A stretch of DNA of 63,876 bases, the filler included, from Reticulomyxa filosa (lineage: Eukaryota > Protista > Foraminifera): NCBI GenBank assembly GCA_000512085.1. It is 18 parts of 18 records of this genome, joined end to end, with 100 filler letters (N's around TTAATTAATTAA, not from the genome) between each part and the next. Parts side by side here need not be neighbours in the genome. Positions count along the whole stretch, not along the records: positions 11,856 to 14,591 come from ASPP01045569.1; positions 14,692 to 19,317 come from ASPP01004323.1; positions 19,418 to 21,143 come from ASPP01001811.1; positions 21,244 to 24,920 come from ASPP01006375.1; 14 more parts are not named here. One strand, given 5' to 3'. The position numbers and the translations under genes are program-made. Every line of letters begins with the position of its first letter. Within the stretch, counting starts at the first letter, position 1. Below, piece after piece: positions 12,287 through 22,611 of this stretch. The notes beneath the pieces were generated by a model that saw only the letters and a list, made by a program, of their open reading frames with translations, was not told the origin of the DNA and did not search any database.

Positions 12287-13620
12287 TAACTTCAATAACA
12301 CAATTATTGCAATTGATGCAGTCGCATGGAGCGACTCGCTTCTATGCCAAAAAGCTTTCTCCTAATGATAATTCAAAAAATCAAATCTATCTAGGCGGTA
12401 ACTTTTCTGCTCTGAATATCATTCCATTCAAAGATATTTATATAGACGATAGTGACCTAGTAGGAAGCAAACGAGAGCGTGCAAAAGCTGATGTATCTTT
12501 TTATTGGATAAGAACTGAGGGAAAATATAAAGCACCAGATGCACAACTTATACTATACTCTAAATACCCTGAAGTTAGAATGTCAGGGTTTTTAAAAGGA
12601 TGTAAAAATGCTCCCTCTGATATCATGAGTATCAGGGATGAAGGTCGTGTTTTATTCCTTGGCATTACTCATAATGGCGAAGTGCTTGGATATGCTACCG
12701 GCTCACATCATCCATTGTCAAAAGAACTATACACTCAGGATAGATGGGAAACCTTAGGTGTTTTTATTGAAATACCTCCGGATACGAACAAGCGGCAAGA
12801 TACAAAATCTCAGCTATTATTTGTATTAAAACGTATTTATGAAAAGCAATGGATAGCTTCTCAAAAAATGAGTATAAATGGCTTAATAGAGCCGTATAGT
12901 GCAAGAAATGGAGGAGGTTACACATTAGAGGCTGAACTCGGTATTTCACCTAATGGCCACTCAGAGCCTGATTACTTAGGTTGGGAAATAAAGCAATACG
13001 GTGTAGCCGATTTTATTAAATTTAGCTCTAAGAGCCCTGTGACTCTTATGACACCAGAACCTACAGGAGGTATTTACCAAGATGCAGGTATTGTCGATTT
13101 TATAAGGAAATTTGGATATGCAGATAAGAGTGGAAAAGTTGATCGTATAAATTTTGGTGGTATTTATGCATGCAACAAAGATTATCATAACGGTACTGGT
13201 CTTAGACTGGGTCTTGATGGATATGACAGCAGTACAGGTAAAATAACAGATATGAGCGGTGGTATGTTACTTATATCGCGAAAAGAGGAAATAGCAGCTC
13301 AATGGGGGTTTGTAGATATTATGCAACATTGGAACCGCAAGCATTCTCAAGCGGCTTATGTGCCCTCACTTTTTAGAACACCACCACCAGAATATTATTA
13401 TGGTGCAAAGGTGTTACTATGCGAACAAACGGATTTCTCTTTGTTCTTAAAGGCAGTGGCATCAGGCATCATTTATTACGACCCGGGCATTAAGATTGAA
13501 GGTATGTCCACGCTCAAACCACAACTCAAGCGTCGTAGTCAGTTTCGCATTAAATATAACCACCTAACAACCATATATCACTATAGTGATATAGTAGATT
13601 TAGCTATAGTTACTCCTTAA
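12283..13620 (+). CDS. MvaI/BcnI-family restriction endonuclease with an extra N-terminal domain
   Basis: C-terminal GGGYTLEAELGISPNGHSEPDYLGWEIKQ...VTLMTPEP matches the MvaI/BcnI PD-(D/E)xK pattern. The GTG start overlaps the vsr TGA stop (GTGA), suggesting translational coupling. Confidence 0.85.
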   Translation: MITSITQLLQLMQSHGATRFYAKKLSPNDNSKNQIYLGGNFSALNIIPFKDIYIDDSDLVGSKRERAKADVSFYWIRTEGKYKAPDAQLILYSKYPEVRMSGFLKGCKNAPSDIMSIRDEGRVLFLGITHNGEVLGYATGSHHPLSKELYTQDRWETLGVFIEIPPDTNKRQDTKSQLLFVLKRIYEKQWIASQKMSINGLIEPYSARNGGGYTLEAELGISPNGHSEPDYLGWEIKQYGVADFIKFSSKSPVTLMTPEPTGGIYQDAGIVDFIRKFGYADKSGKVDRINFGGIYACNKDYHNGTGLRLGLDGYDSSTGKITDMSGGMLLISRKEEIAAQWGFVDIMQHWNRKHSQAAYVPSLFRTPPPEYYYGAKVLLCEQTDFSLFLKAVASGIIYYDPGIKIEGMSTLKPQLKRRSQFRIKYNHLTTIYHYSDIVDLAIVTP

Positions 13621-13651
13621 CTGAAAATATTCACTTTTACTATTAGGCTGC

Positions 13652-14404
13652 TTGCATTGTGAAATAACATACTCTCAAAATGCATTTGTGAATAGCATAC
13701 CAAAATTAAAAACTTCCTCCCGCCTTTCTGTTCGTAATATACTTACTATGGGGAGGCAACTTAATGCCATAGGAGAGGAGTTTGCTCTGAGGTACTTATC
13801 TCCATTAGATAATATAAGAAGCGACAATTTAGATAATGGCATTTTGGGAAAAACGATAAATAAACTACTTAAAGAAACAGACAATATTAACGATCATAAG
13901 ATAGTTAAAGAAGTGAGTCAAAAGGCAGCAGAGAGTATAAAGGATTATTATGAAAGGATGGGAATAGATGCACATTATACAAATAAAAGAGAGTATTTAT
14001 TAAGAGCCAGCTATGAAGTATTAAGGAAAGAAGAGTTAAGGAAGCATTTGCAAAGCAAAATAAATATTACTGATATTGCAGATGTAAAGAATAAAGAAGT
14101 ATTGGAAGATAAATTAGAGAGATTAATGGCAATATATTCAAGGCTGACAAATAAGGATAGTGTATTTTATATCCCTGAGGAAATAAATAAGGTAATGACG
14201 GAGTTTAATAATAAGGAAATAAAGTTAAAAGAATTAGCAATGGAATATCAAAAGCAGGGAATGTCATATAATAAAGCGAATATGATTGCAAAAGAAGTGA
14301 TAAAATATGAAGCAAAGTATAGAGTTAATATACCAATCAAAAGAATAGAAAGATTAAAGGCAATGACGAGTATTGGGAACAATAGTATGGAGGGTGTTTT
14401 CTGA
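13652..14404 (+). CDS. Hypothetical helical, K/E-rich bacterial protein; possibly a fragment of a mobile-element gene
   Basis: 250-aa ORF (ATG at 13748 is an alternative start). The coding strand becomes strongly purine-rich from about 13800. The stop lies 2 bp before an IS end. Confidence 0.5.
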   Translation: MHCEITYSQNAFVNSIPKLKTSSRLSVRNILTMGRQLNAIGEEFALRYLSPLDNIRSDNLDNGILGKTINKLLKETDNINDHKIVKEVSQKAAESIKDYYERMGIDAHYTNKREYLLRASYEVLRKEELRKHLQSKINITDIADVKNKEVLEDKLERLMAIYSRLTNKDSVFYIPEEINKVMTEFNNKEIKLKELAMEYQKQGMSYNKANMIAKEVIKYEAKYRVNIPIKRIERLKAMTSIGNNSMEGVF

Positions 14405-14464
14405 AGCATACGCGTCAAGTTAAGGAGAAGAAAGGAATTAGAATGGCCTATATCAGGCAAATAA

Positions 14465-14505
14465 TATAAGTTCTCTTAGGTAACTAACTAATAAGAGAAC
14501 TTATA
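14465..14505 (+). promoter_or_regulatory. 14-bp perfect inverted repeat immediately upstream of the transposase start codon
   Basis: TATAAGTTCTCTTA (14465-14478) pairs with TAAGAGAACTTATA (14492-14505); the ATG is at 14507. Confidence 0.6.
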
Positions 14506-14506
14506 A

Positions 14507-14591
14507 ATGAGAAACATAGATTTCATATCAAAGACTATCAAGGAATTTTTCAATCAACTGGCGGATAATATATCATTGACAACAGGGTTTA
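14507..14591 (+). CDS. IS4-family transposase N-terminus (partial)
   Basis: MRNIDFISKTIKEFFNQLADNISLTTGF resembles the 'KEFFN..AD.IS...GF(IKRKRK)' N-terminus of Wolbachia/Rickettsiales IS4 transposases. Too short for the ORF track. Confidence 0.7.
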
Positions 14592-14691
14592 NNNNNNNNN
14601 NNNNNNNNNNNNNNNNNNNNNNNNNNNNNNNNNNNTTAATTAATTAANNNNNNNNNNNNNNNNNNNNNNNNNNNNNNNNNNNNNNNNNNNN

Positions 14692-15547
14692 ACCAAATTT
14701 GTCCACCTGCGTGGTAGAACCTTATAATGCGTTGTCGGCGATGCATTGGTTGTTGGGTCACACGGAAGTTTCTTTGTTATTAGATAACGGCCATTTATGG
14801 GATCTGCCGAAATCAGTTGCGAATTGCCAAACCAGATGTAGATATTTGAACAAATTTCAAAAGTTATCTCCGCTATGACTGTGTCTTTGCGATTTAGCGG
14901 TGAATTGAATGTTGATTTGAACGAGTTTCAAACGAACTTAGTCCCTTTCAATCGTTTACACTTTATGACTACCGGAATGAGCCCAATTATTCCAAAAATT
15001 GACGTATCAACCGCGCCAAACGGTATCCAAAAATAACAGATGACTGTTTTAAGCCAGCGAATTAGTTTGTGAAATAAATTGAATTTGATCCCGCTGAAGA
15101 TAAATACATGGCATTTAAATTATCGTGGTGACATAAAATCGAATGAAGCAAATGCAACTGTCCAATGGTTAAAATCAAATAATAAAATCGTATTAGTCGA
15201 GTGATGTCCAACTGGCTTTAAAATTTGCTTAAATGAGGTACCAGCAGTAACTTTAGAATCGATGATATTGGAGCATTTAGTAAAAATGCAGTAATATTGC
15301 CAACACACGGCATTTCGCGAGTATTGAGTAAACACATTGCTCAAAAGTATGATATTATTTACTCCCAAAGAGCATTTGTGCATTGGTATATAGTAAAAGG
15401 AAGGAGAATTTGCTGAAGCCGTTAAGATTTAGGCTTTTTGGAAAAGATTATTTGGATGTGTTGAGTGAACAACCAACTGACGATGTGGGAAGTGACAACG
15501 CTGGCGATAACGCAGGTGATAATGACAATAAAACTTTTTGTGCGTGA
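14692..15547 (+). pseudogene. Alpha-tubulin pseudogene (divergent foraminiferan-like type), 5' cut by contig edge
   Basis: [81 protein letters not shown], broken by several stops, frameshifts and deletions. No introns visible. Confidence 0.9.
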
Positions 15548-16139
15548 AAGTGAAGTGTGTAAATGAATTTGATGAATATTTTTTTGAAAGCCATTGGCCA
15601 GAAAAGGGCCATTGCTTTCTTTTTAAATTCGAGTCCAATCTTTTCGAATGAAATCTTTTTGCAAAATTTCAAAAGTGTACTAGTTTTTAGATTGTTTGAA
15701 ATATCTTAAGAAAATTTTTTAAAATCGTTTTGCGTTGACTTTTATCCATTTAAGTCAATTGATATAAGGAGATAAATACTGTCGAATTAATGTTTACGTT
15801 ATCCTTTACAAAAACAAAAAAACCGTACTTTAAACGTATAAAAAAATAAAACTATACGTATCAATTATTATTTCGTTTGATGCATAGATATCCAAAAAAT
15901 ATTCAACAGTTGTAGTAATGAAAAAAAAAAAGCAATTGCGAAATAAAGTGTTACATGATCGCCTAAACAATCAAAAAATATATCAAAATACTCTTGGATG
16001 TAGGTTACTTCTGATGTTTTGGATAAATGTGGATTTTTTTAATTTTCTTTTTGGTTTTTGTGTCATTTTCTTGGCTTTTATCACTTTTTTTTTTGCTTTA
16101 AACGGTATACCGCACAGCCACTTTTTGCAATTTCTGAAA

Positions 16140-16860
16140 ATGGGCAAAATTCCGTCTTCGCTGCTAAATCGTGTGAAAACCTCGGAGATCCCAAGGAAGT
16201 CGATTATCATCACCAGACATGACACCAACAAAAAAAGTGGATCACCCAATGCATCCGAGCCTGACAAAGTTTACAATAACAAACAAACAAAAAAGTGAAC
16301 ACACAATACAAAAATGATATGACCTTATTGCACACAACAGCTCCAATCCGGGAAAGAGCAGCAGCCTACAGTTATATACATATATTTTGATGAGTCACAA
16401 TTTGTCAAAGGTAACAATAAATAATGATGAGCAACAACAACAAAACTAAATAGACGGACCCCCAAAGACGAAAGATGTTGCAACAGGCTGTGATTGTGAT
16501 AAAAAAGGCACAAATGAAAAATATTAGTCGTGCAGATGTCATTGAATTTTTGATAAAAAAAGGAATAAATACAAAAGACATTGAACTTGCGTTTGCAAGA
16601 GCACAGATCAGGTGGTTTTGAAGACAAAAAATTATATTTATGTATACATTTATAAAAGGGGGGATACGGAGGGACAAAAAAATAAAAAAAAATAAAATGA
16701 CCAAACATATGAAAATTAAATAGCGATGTTGTGGATGTGTAAAGCTGTGGGACTTGGAAACACGTCGTTCATTGCACTCGTTTAATCCATGCGAAGCAAA
16801 AAAAAGGGGTCAATATTGAATGTAACAAATATAGTATCCCATGACCATATGATCACGTGA
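16140..16860 (+). pseudogene. Decayed gene remnant with a Pex14_N-like exon and a WD40-like fragment
   Basis: An AG/GT-bounded exon at 16454-16611 reads TDPQRRKMLQQAVIVIKKAQMKNISRADVIEFLIKKGINTKDIELAFARAQ. A segment near 16735-16790 reads GCVKLWDLETRRSLHSFNP and then reaches a stop. Confidence 0.4.
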
Positions 16861-17657
16861 GTAAGTAAGTCTATGTCACAATTGCAATTTTGGTGTAGCA
16901 ACTTTGATGTGACATACCACAAAATAAAAGTTAAAATCGATCTCCAATGAGTGGAATGATAAAAATATGGGATTTGAATAAATTGGGGAATCCGTCCGGA
17001 ACAGAGAAGGGAACAGGAATCGTAAGGGAATTTGACACAAAGTGTGCAACGTTTTGCACTTGAATATTACACGGTTCGACTTGAATAACTAAACTATATT
17101 TAATTGAATGAGTGGTATTATGGATATCATCATCAACTATCATTTTCAGAGATTAAAACAAATGAATTTAGACTCGTGACATAGTACTCTCTTGCAATTT
17201 GTCCGTATCAGCAGCGTATGTTGACCATCTTTCACATCTGGTACGAACACGAGTGTAAAGTAGAAAACGTGTATGTGTTGTTTTGCAACTTGCTTCTCCA
17301 TTATGTTAACTATTAAAATTGAGGGATATCACATTACGAAGTATGAGCACATTTTCTTTCAATGTGTAATTAATGCATTGAAGCTGTCCATCTTTATTGC
17401 AAATTTTTAAGTATATCTTACGCTAGGTAGTGTCAAGTTAGAATGCAGCATGGAAGTATTCAATCACTTAAATCAGTCTCTTGAAGAAATAAAAATCATT
17501 TCTTTATTAAAAAAAAGCCAACATCTTAAAAATCCGTATGTTCGTAAAATTCAAATGCTCAAAAATAAATACAATTGATCATCTTAGAGCAACATCATTA
17601 TTGCTTAAAGCAAGCACAAAATAAAAAATACATGCAAGCATCAGGACTCGTAACGTT

Positions 17658-17795
17658 AAAAAAAAATTGGATTGGAATAGAATTGAAAAAAATAAAACAA
17701 AACATTGTTGAATTATAAAACCGAAGGTTTCGCAGTTCGACTATTTCTTTGTTTTCATTTTTTTCAATTCTATTCCAATCCAATTTTTTTTTTTT
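17658..17795. repeat. About 140-bp imperfect palindrome (foldback hairpin)
   Basis: A-tract+TTGGATTGGAATAGAATTGAAAAAAAT pairs perfectly with ATTTTTTTCAATTCTATTCCAATCCAA+T-tract. Pairing continues imperfectly to a GAA loop at 17723-17725. Confidence 0.9.
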
Positions 17796-20700
17796 AGATG
17801 CCTTCAGAATTGAGTATGCTGACAAAAATTATTGCTAGTATCTGGCCAAAAACAAACTGGTCAAACTAATATTTATGATATTTATTTTTTGGACTGTCTG
17901 GATTTTTGTGTTGTTGTTTTTGGTACGACACTTGATTATCACTGCATTGTTTTTAATGTATCTGCTGTTTTAATGTTTGAAGTATTCGATTTTGCAAGCG
18001 ACTGACTTCAACATGTTCAAATTAATTTGCACTATCTGACCATAATGTCAGTTTTAAAGTAGACATCTCAAACCAGCAATTCGCTCGCAAACTTGTCACT
18101 TGTCAAGTAAGTACTTACGACTAGTATCTTTCAAATGATATCACGTTGTCTGTGTATACTGGAGCAACGACATTGTCATCCTTCATGCAAAGAGCACACA
18201 TTTCAAATCCTCATGCGCTGGGCGTGTGATTGTGTGCACCAATCACCAGGTCCTGAAAACGCGTAGTTCTAAAATAGAAAATTATCACAATGTTGCTAGA
18301 AAAACTTTGATGCAGCTTTAGACTCAATTGTGATTCTACTAATTGTTTACACATATTTAATGGACAACATCAACTCATAGCTTATGAAAGAGCATCGTTC
18401 GTTTGAACATGTCTGTCGTTTTCGATGACGAGTTGTAAACTTTCTTTTTCTTTGAAGTTGCGGGAAGCTCATGTACAGAAGTTGTAAGTGTAATACGACA
18501 TATACTTTTTTTTGACAGCAGTTTCCAATAAAACAAAAATGAGCTAAATGAAGAATAATTAACAAAGAAGTGAAAGAGTTTTGAAGGAGTTTAACCTACT
18601 GGGACTCCTCAGACCCTTCAGAGTTCGGCCGTCTACAGTAGGGGCTTGCAAAACAATTGACTGTGCTCTTACAAGCTTTGGTTCAACAAAAAATAACAAA
18701 ATTATTCAAATACACACAAATTGTTTTAACTACAAAAAAAAAGATGAGATAAATGAAGAGAATAAAAACTGTAGTGACTCGTTATTTTGTTCATCATATC
18801 GGAGCCCAACTTCAAAAAAAAAGAAGAAGAAGTAAGTTTTACTGCAAAAAATAAGGGCAAAAAAAAAAGCAACGATAACAATTAGGAGAAATAACAGGAT
18901 TGAGCCGAAGGACACTACTATTGAACACGTCTGCAGACAGATATCAATGACAAAGATGAGCTGTCCCATGTAAGTGACTGAAACGGTGTGATTTCACACT
19001 AGTACCGACTTGGGAAACAATATCAACAGCTTTTTTAATTCCCTTTTCATTATCGTTACCATCGTTGTTATTGCTATCACTTTTCATTTGAGATGGTCGG
19101 ATGAACCTGGTGTCCCCAACGAAAGTTCATTGGACATTCACGGGACGTACCCCATCGGAATATGCTCCTCTTCGCAAAACCGCTACTTGCTGCTGTTGTT
19201 CCTAGTTGGGAGTCTTTTGCAATCGAATAACAACTCTTGTATACGTAGTGATCATCATCCCGTTGCACATACAATGGCTGGCCAATTTCATTTCAATTCA
19301 ATTCATTTTTTTTTTTTNNNNNNNNNNNNNNNNNNNNNNNNNNNNNNNNNNNNNNNNNNNNTTAATTAATTAANNNNNNNNNNNNNNNNNNNNNNNNNNN
19401 NNNNNNNNNNNNNNNNNTTTTTTTTTCAAATCTTTTTTCCTCCTGTTTGAGAATGGCTTGTTTATTCGTTTCTTTATTTATGACATATCAACATCTTTCT
19501 TTTTTTCTCACATTTTGTTTGATGGTAATGAAAACATTTAAAGAGATCTTTCGATTGTTCGTTTACTTATTATATTTTTAAAGCAAATCTTCAGAATTAA
19601 TGATATTTGCTAATGTGTTATCAAGTCATCGAATCAAGAATGTGGCTACTTTTTGGAAAAGTATGACTTTACATTTTTGAAAAAATGTCAAGAGTTTGAT
19701 CAAGGTGTCAAGTTGATCTATGGTCTACCTGAACTTGCGCAATAGAGCTTTTTTTTATTGTGTCAAAACACAAGCAATCTTCTCTAAAATGAAAGAAATA
19801 TTTGACATAAAAGTAATTACAACAATGTAGGAGAAGCTCCTATAAAGTAAAAGGGGCTGATGAGCACCCGGTGGGTTAAACTTTCCCAACTCTTCACAAC
19901 AACCTTTCTTGTGTTTTTTCCCTTACTTTTTCGTTATTGTTTTTGCCATTTCTTCTTTATTTATTTAAATTACTTTGAGTTATTAAAAATCTGCTCGAAA
20001 GAGTTTATCACTTTTCGTATTACATTTAGCGCAGTCTCCTTCAGCAGCAACAGCTCTTACAACAACATTTATCAACAATCACAAGAAACAATTAGTCTTT
20101 AGTCTTGATTATATGAAATCCCACAAACTGAGTTTCCAAGCCATTTGCATGCAAACCACTTCTTACCAACTCTATTTGCCATTTTATTCAAAACGTAACT
20201 ATCTTTGGTGTAATGAAAGAAATGAAATCCTTTCAAGCAAAATGCCTTGATCTCTGCCAAAAGATCAGCAATTCCCTGTCGTCTCTGCCATCGATTAAAA
20301 AAATAGCAACAATGAGTTTTGGCTGATGCCGTTTTACGACCAGGACACACTAGCTGGATAGCAAACCTCTCTCACTGTGTCAAGATTAAGTTCTATATCT
20401 TCTTCAATAATTTGAGCTTTCGTATCAAAAAAAATAATCGTTCTTTTGTCCTTGCATCTGGTGCTCAATCGTTGTTGAATAAACGAGTAAACTATTTCCA
20501 AAGTATTATGAGTGTGGCGTTCCAAATGACTGCAACTCATATTTTTATTTATTTATTTGCGACTGGCTTATAAATATGATCGGATATTTCCTTTTTCTCA
20601 AAAACATTTCAACTTACATCTGGTAATAATCTCATTTACTCTTTTATTCTTTGATTTACTTTTAAGTTGCTTGCTGCATTCTAGACTCCGCTTTCTACAC

Positions 20701-20854
20701 TAGATCAACCACAGCTGTAAAAATAAATTTGTCTATTCAGTGTGGGAGCATCAGATGATTATGCAACAAATATCAACAAGCTATTGTTTTCAAAGGCTAA
20801 ATATTAAAATGTTAACACTATAAAATATCATCAACTGCTAGAACATGTAATATA

Positions 20855-21033
20855 CGGTAGAATGCAAAGTAAAGTTAACACCTAAAACGGCACCTTATAG
20901 AGATGATTGATTTTCTTCATGAAAAAACAACATTAAGACCTAATTTTTTTAAAAAAAAAATCTACAAATCGTGTACTTTTTAAATATCATTTTGGTTTTT
21001 TATTCACATCTTTCCTAATTATTTCAATATTTT
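20855..21033 (+). mobile_element. Dispersed repeat, probable Tc1/mariner-type element end or MITE (copy 1)
   Basis: TA|CGGTAGAATGCAAAGTAAAGTTAACACCTAAAACGGCACC... aligns over about 180 bp with 28140-28321 on another contig. Similarity starts at a TA dinucleotide. Confidence 0.7.
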
Positions 21034-22611
21034 ATCATTTATTTTTCTTTTCTTTTTTTTTTTTTAGTTATCTAATATCGTTTGTATATTTGTATTTTTT
21101 AAATTTTTTTTTAAAATTTTAGTTAAAGGTAATTGTAGAATTTNNNNNNNNNNNNNNNNNNNNNNNNNNNNNNNNNNNNNNNNNNNNTTAATTAATTAAN
21201 NNNNNNNNNNNNNNNNNNNNNNNNNNNNNNNNNNNNNNNNNNNGATCCAGTTCACACATACACACACATATAATTAAAAACATACTGATACTGGCTCCTC
21301 ACGTAATGATTGAAGCAACTCCCAATTGCTGTTAATTTGTTTGTAATTCACCTCTGGAAATTGATCTGGAAAATTACTGCTGTATTGGTGTAGTTCTTTT
21401 GGTGACTCAGCAAAACGACCTTTTTTTTTTTAAAAACAAAACAAAACAATTTTTACAACATACACACAAATTTGAAATAATTACTATTCTGCTTAACCGT
21501 AAGTTTTCCTGAACTGGTCGTCCAATAGCTTCAAAGATACAAAAGAGTCGCTGGGAAAAAGTAAGACAACAAACAGAAACTACTTGTTCAATCGCAAGAA
21601 AAATAAAACAAAATAAAAATTCATAAAAAGCAGTTACGCTTGCGATCAAAACTTGGAAGTCATTGCGTTTCAAAAATAGCACCAGTCGTCACAAATAAAA
21701 GGAATAATTATGCACCAAAAAAAAAGAGGCTTGTTTTCTTTTTTTTTTGCACAAAAATTATTCCAGAGAAATCTATCAAAACGACAAAGTAACTTTACAA
21801 GCAAACCGAATAAGGAAAACTACAATTTTTTTTATTTAGTTGTGATGAAACAGCCGGTAAATATAATAGAAATTTCATTATCTTTATTACTTTTCATTTA
21901 TTTCTTTGAGATAAATTTTGTAACAAACGATGAACTTAATCACTGCTGTTGATAATAATTAAATGACTTGGTTTTGATAAATACTATTTATCTTTTTTTT
22001 TGTCATTTTACTGTTCCGTTCTAATAGTAAAAATTGAAAGTTCAAATGAGAAGATTGATCCACAAACCAGAATATCATTAAAGCACTACTTTATTTTGCT
22101 TTGTTTCGTTACTGTCAATATGTGCAATATGTTTAAACTTAGATACTATGTTAATTGATCATAGATACTATATTGGTTTGACGACTTAAACTTAAGTTGA
22201 GCTTATGAATAGAATTTGTATTGAAATATTAAAACTTGAAGTTCTATAATTATCTGTCATTATCTATTTTATAAATAACATTGAAGAATTTACTTGCTTT
22301 AGCCAATTGATCTTAAACATTTGTGTCATTTAACACAAAACAATAATTTTTCACACAAATATCAATTTCATATAAATGATGAATACATAAGCAGTATTTT
22401 ATAACATATTTCGCTGATTCAATTTATACTGTTGGAAGAAACACCAATTCTTGACTTCAAAAACAATGCAAATATTTGATAAAATCAATTGATTTATGAT
22501 CAACTAACAAGCTTTAAAAATGCGATATTTCAAGGCAACAGTGGTTGCGAAAGCGTGTAGCCTTCGGTTTGTTCAAAAATACATTTAGTTGGCGAGAAAG
22601 GAGACCATAAA

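Larger units (their letters stand above)
14407..14591 (+). mobile_element. Left end of an IS4-family (IS231-like) insertion sequence, truncated by contig end
   Basis: Terminus CATACGCGTCAAGTTAAG resembles the IS231-type inverted repeat (CATGCCCATCAACTTAAG, from memory) and is followed 100 bp later by a transposase-like N-terminus. Confidence 0.75.

Noticed and set aside
10550-15547. Bacterial R-M genes next to eukaryotic genes as evidence of horizontal transfer
   Set aside because: They are separated by artificial spacers, so there is no physical linkage.
18578-18655. GC-richer patch with a CCTACTG/CAGTAGG inverted match
   Set aside because: The stem is short and imperfect, with no second copy in the window.
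20040-20720. Coding-like decayed sequence on the minus strand
   Set aside because: No recognisable motif and many stops; cannot assign a family.
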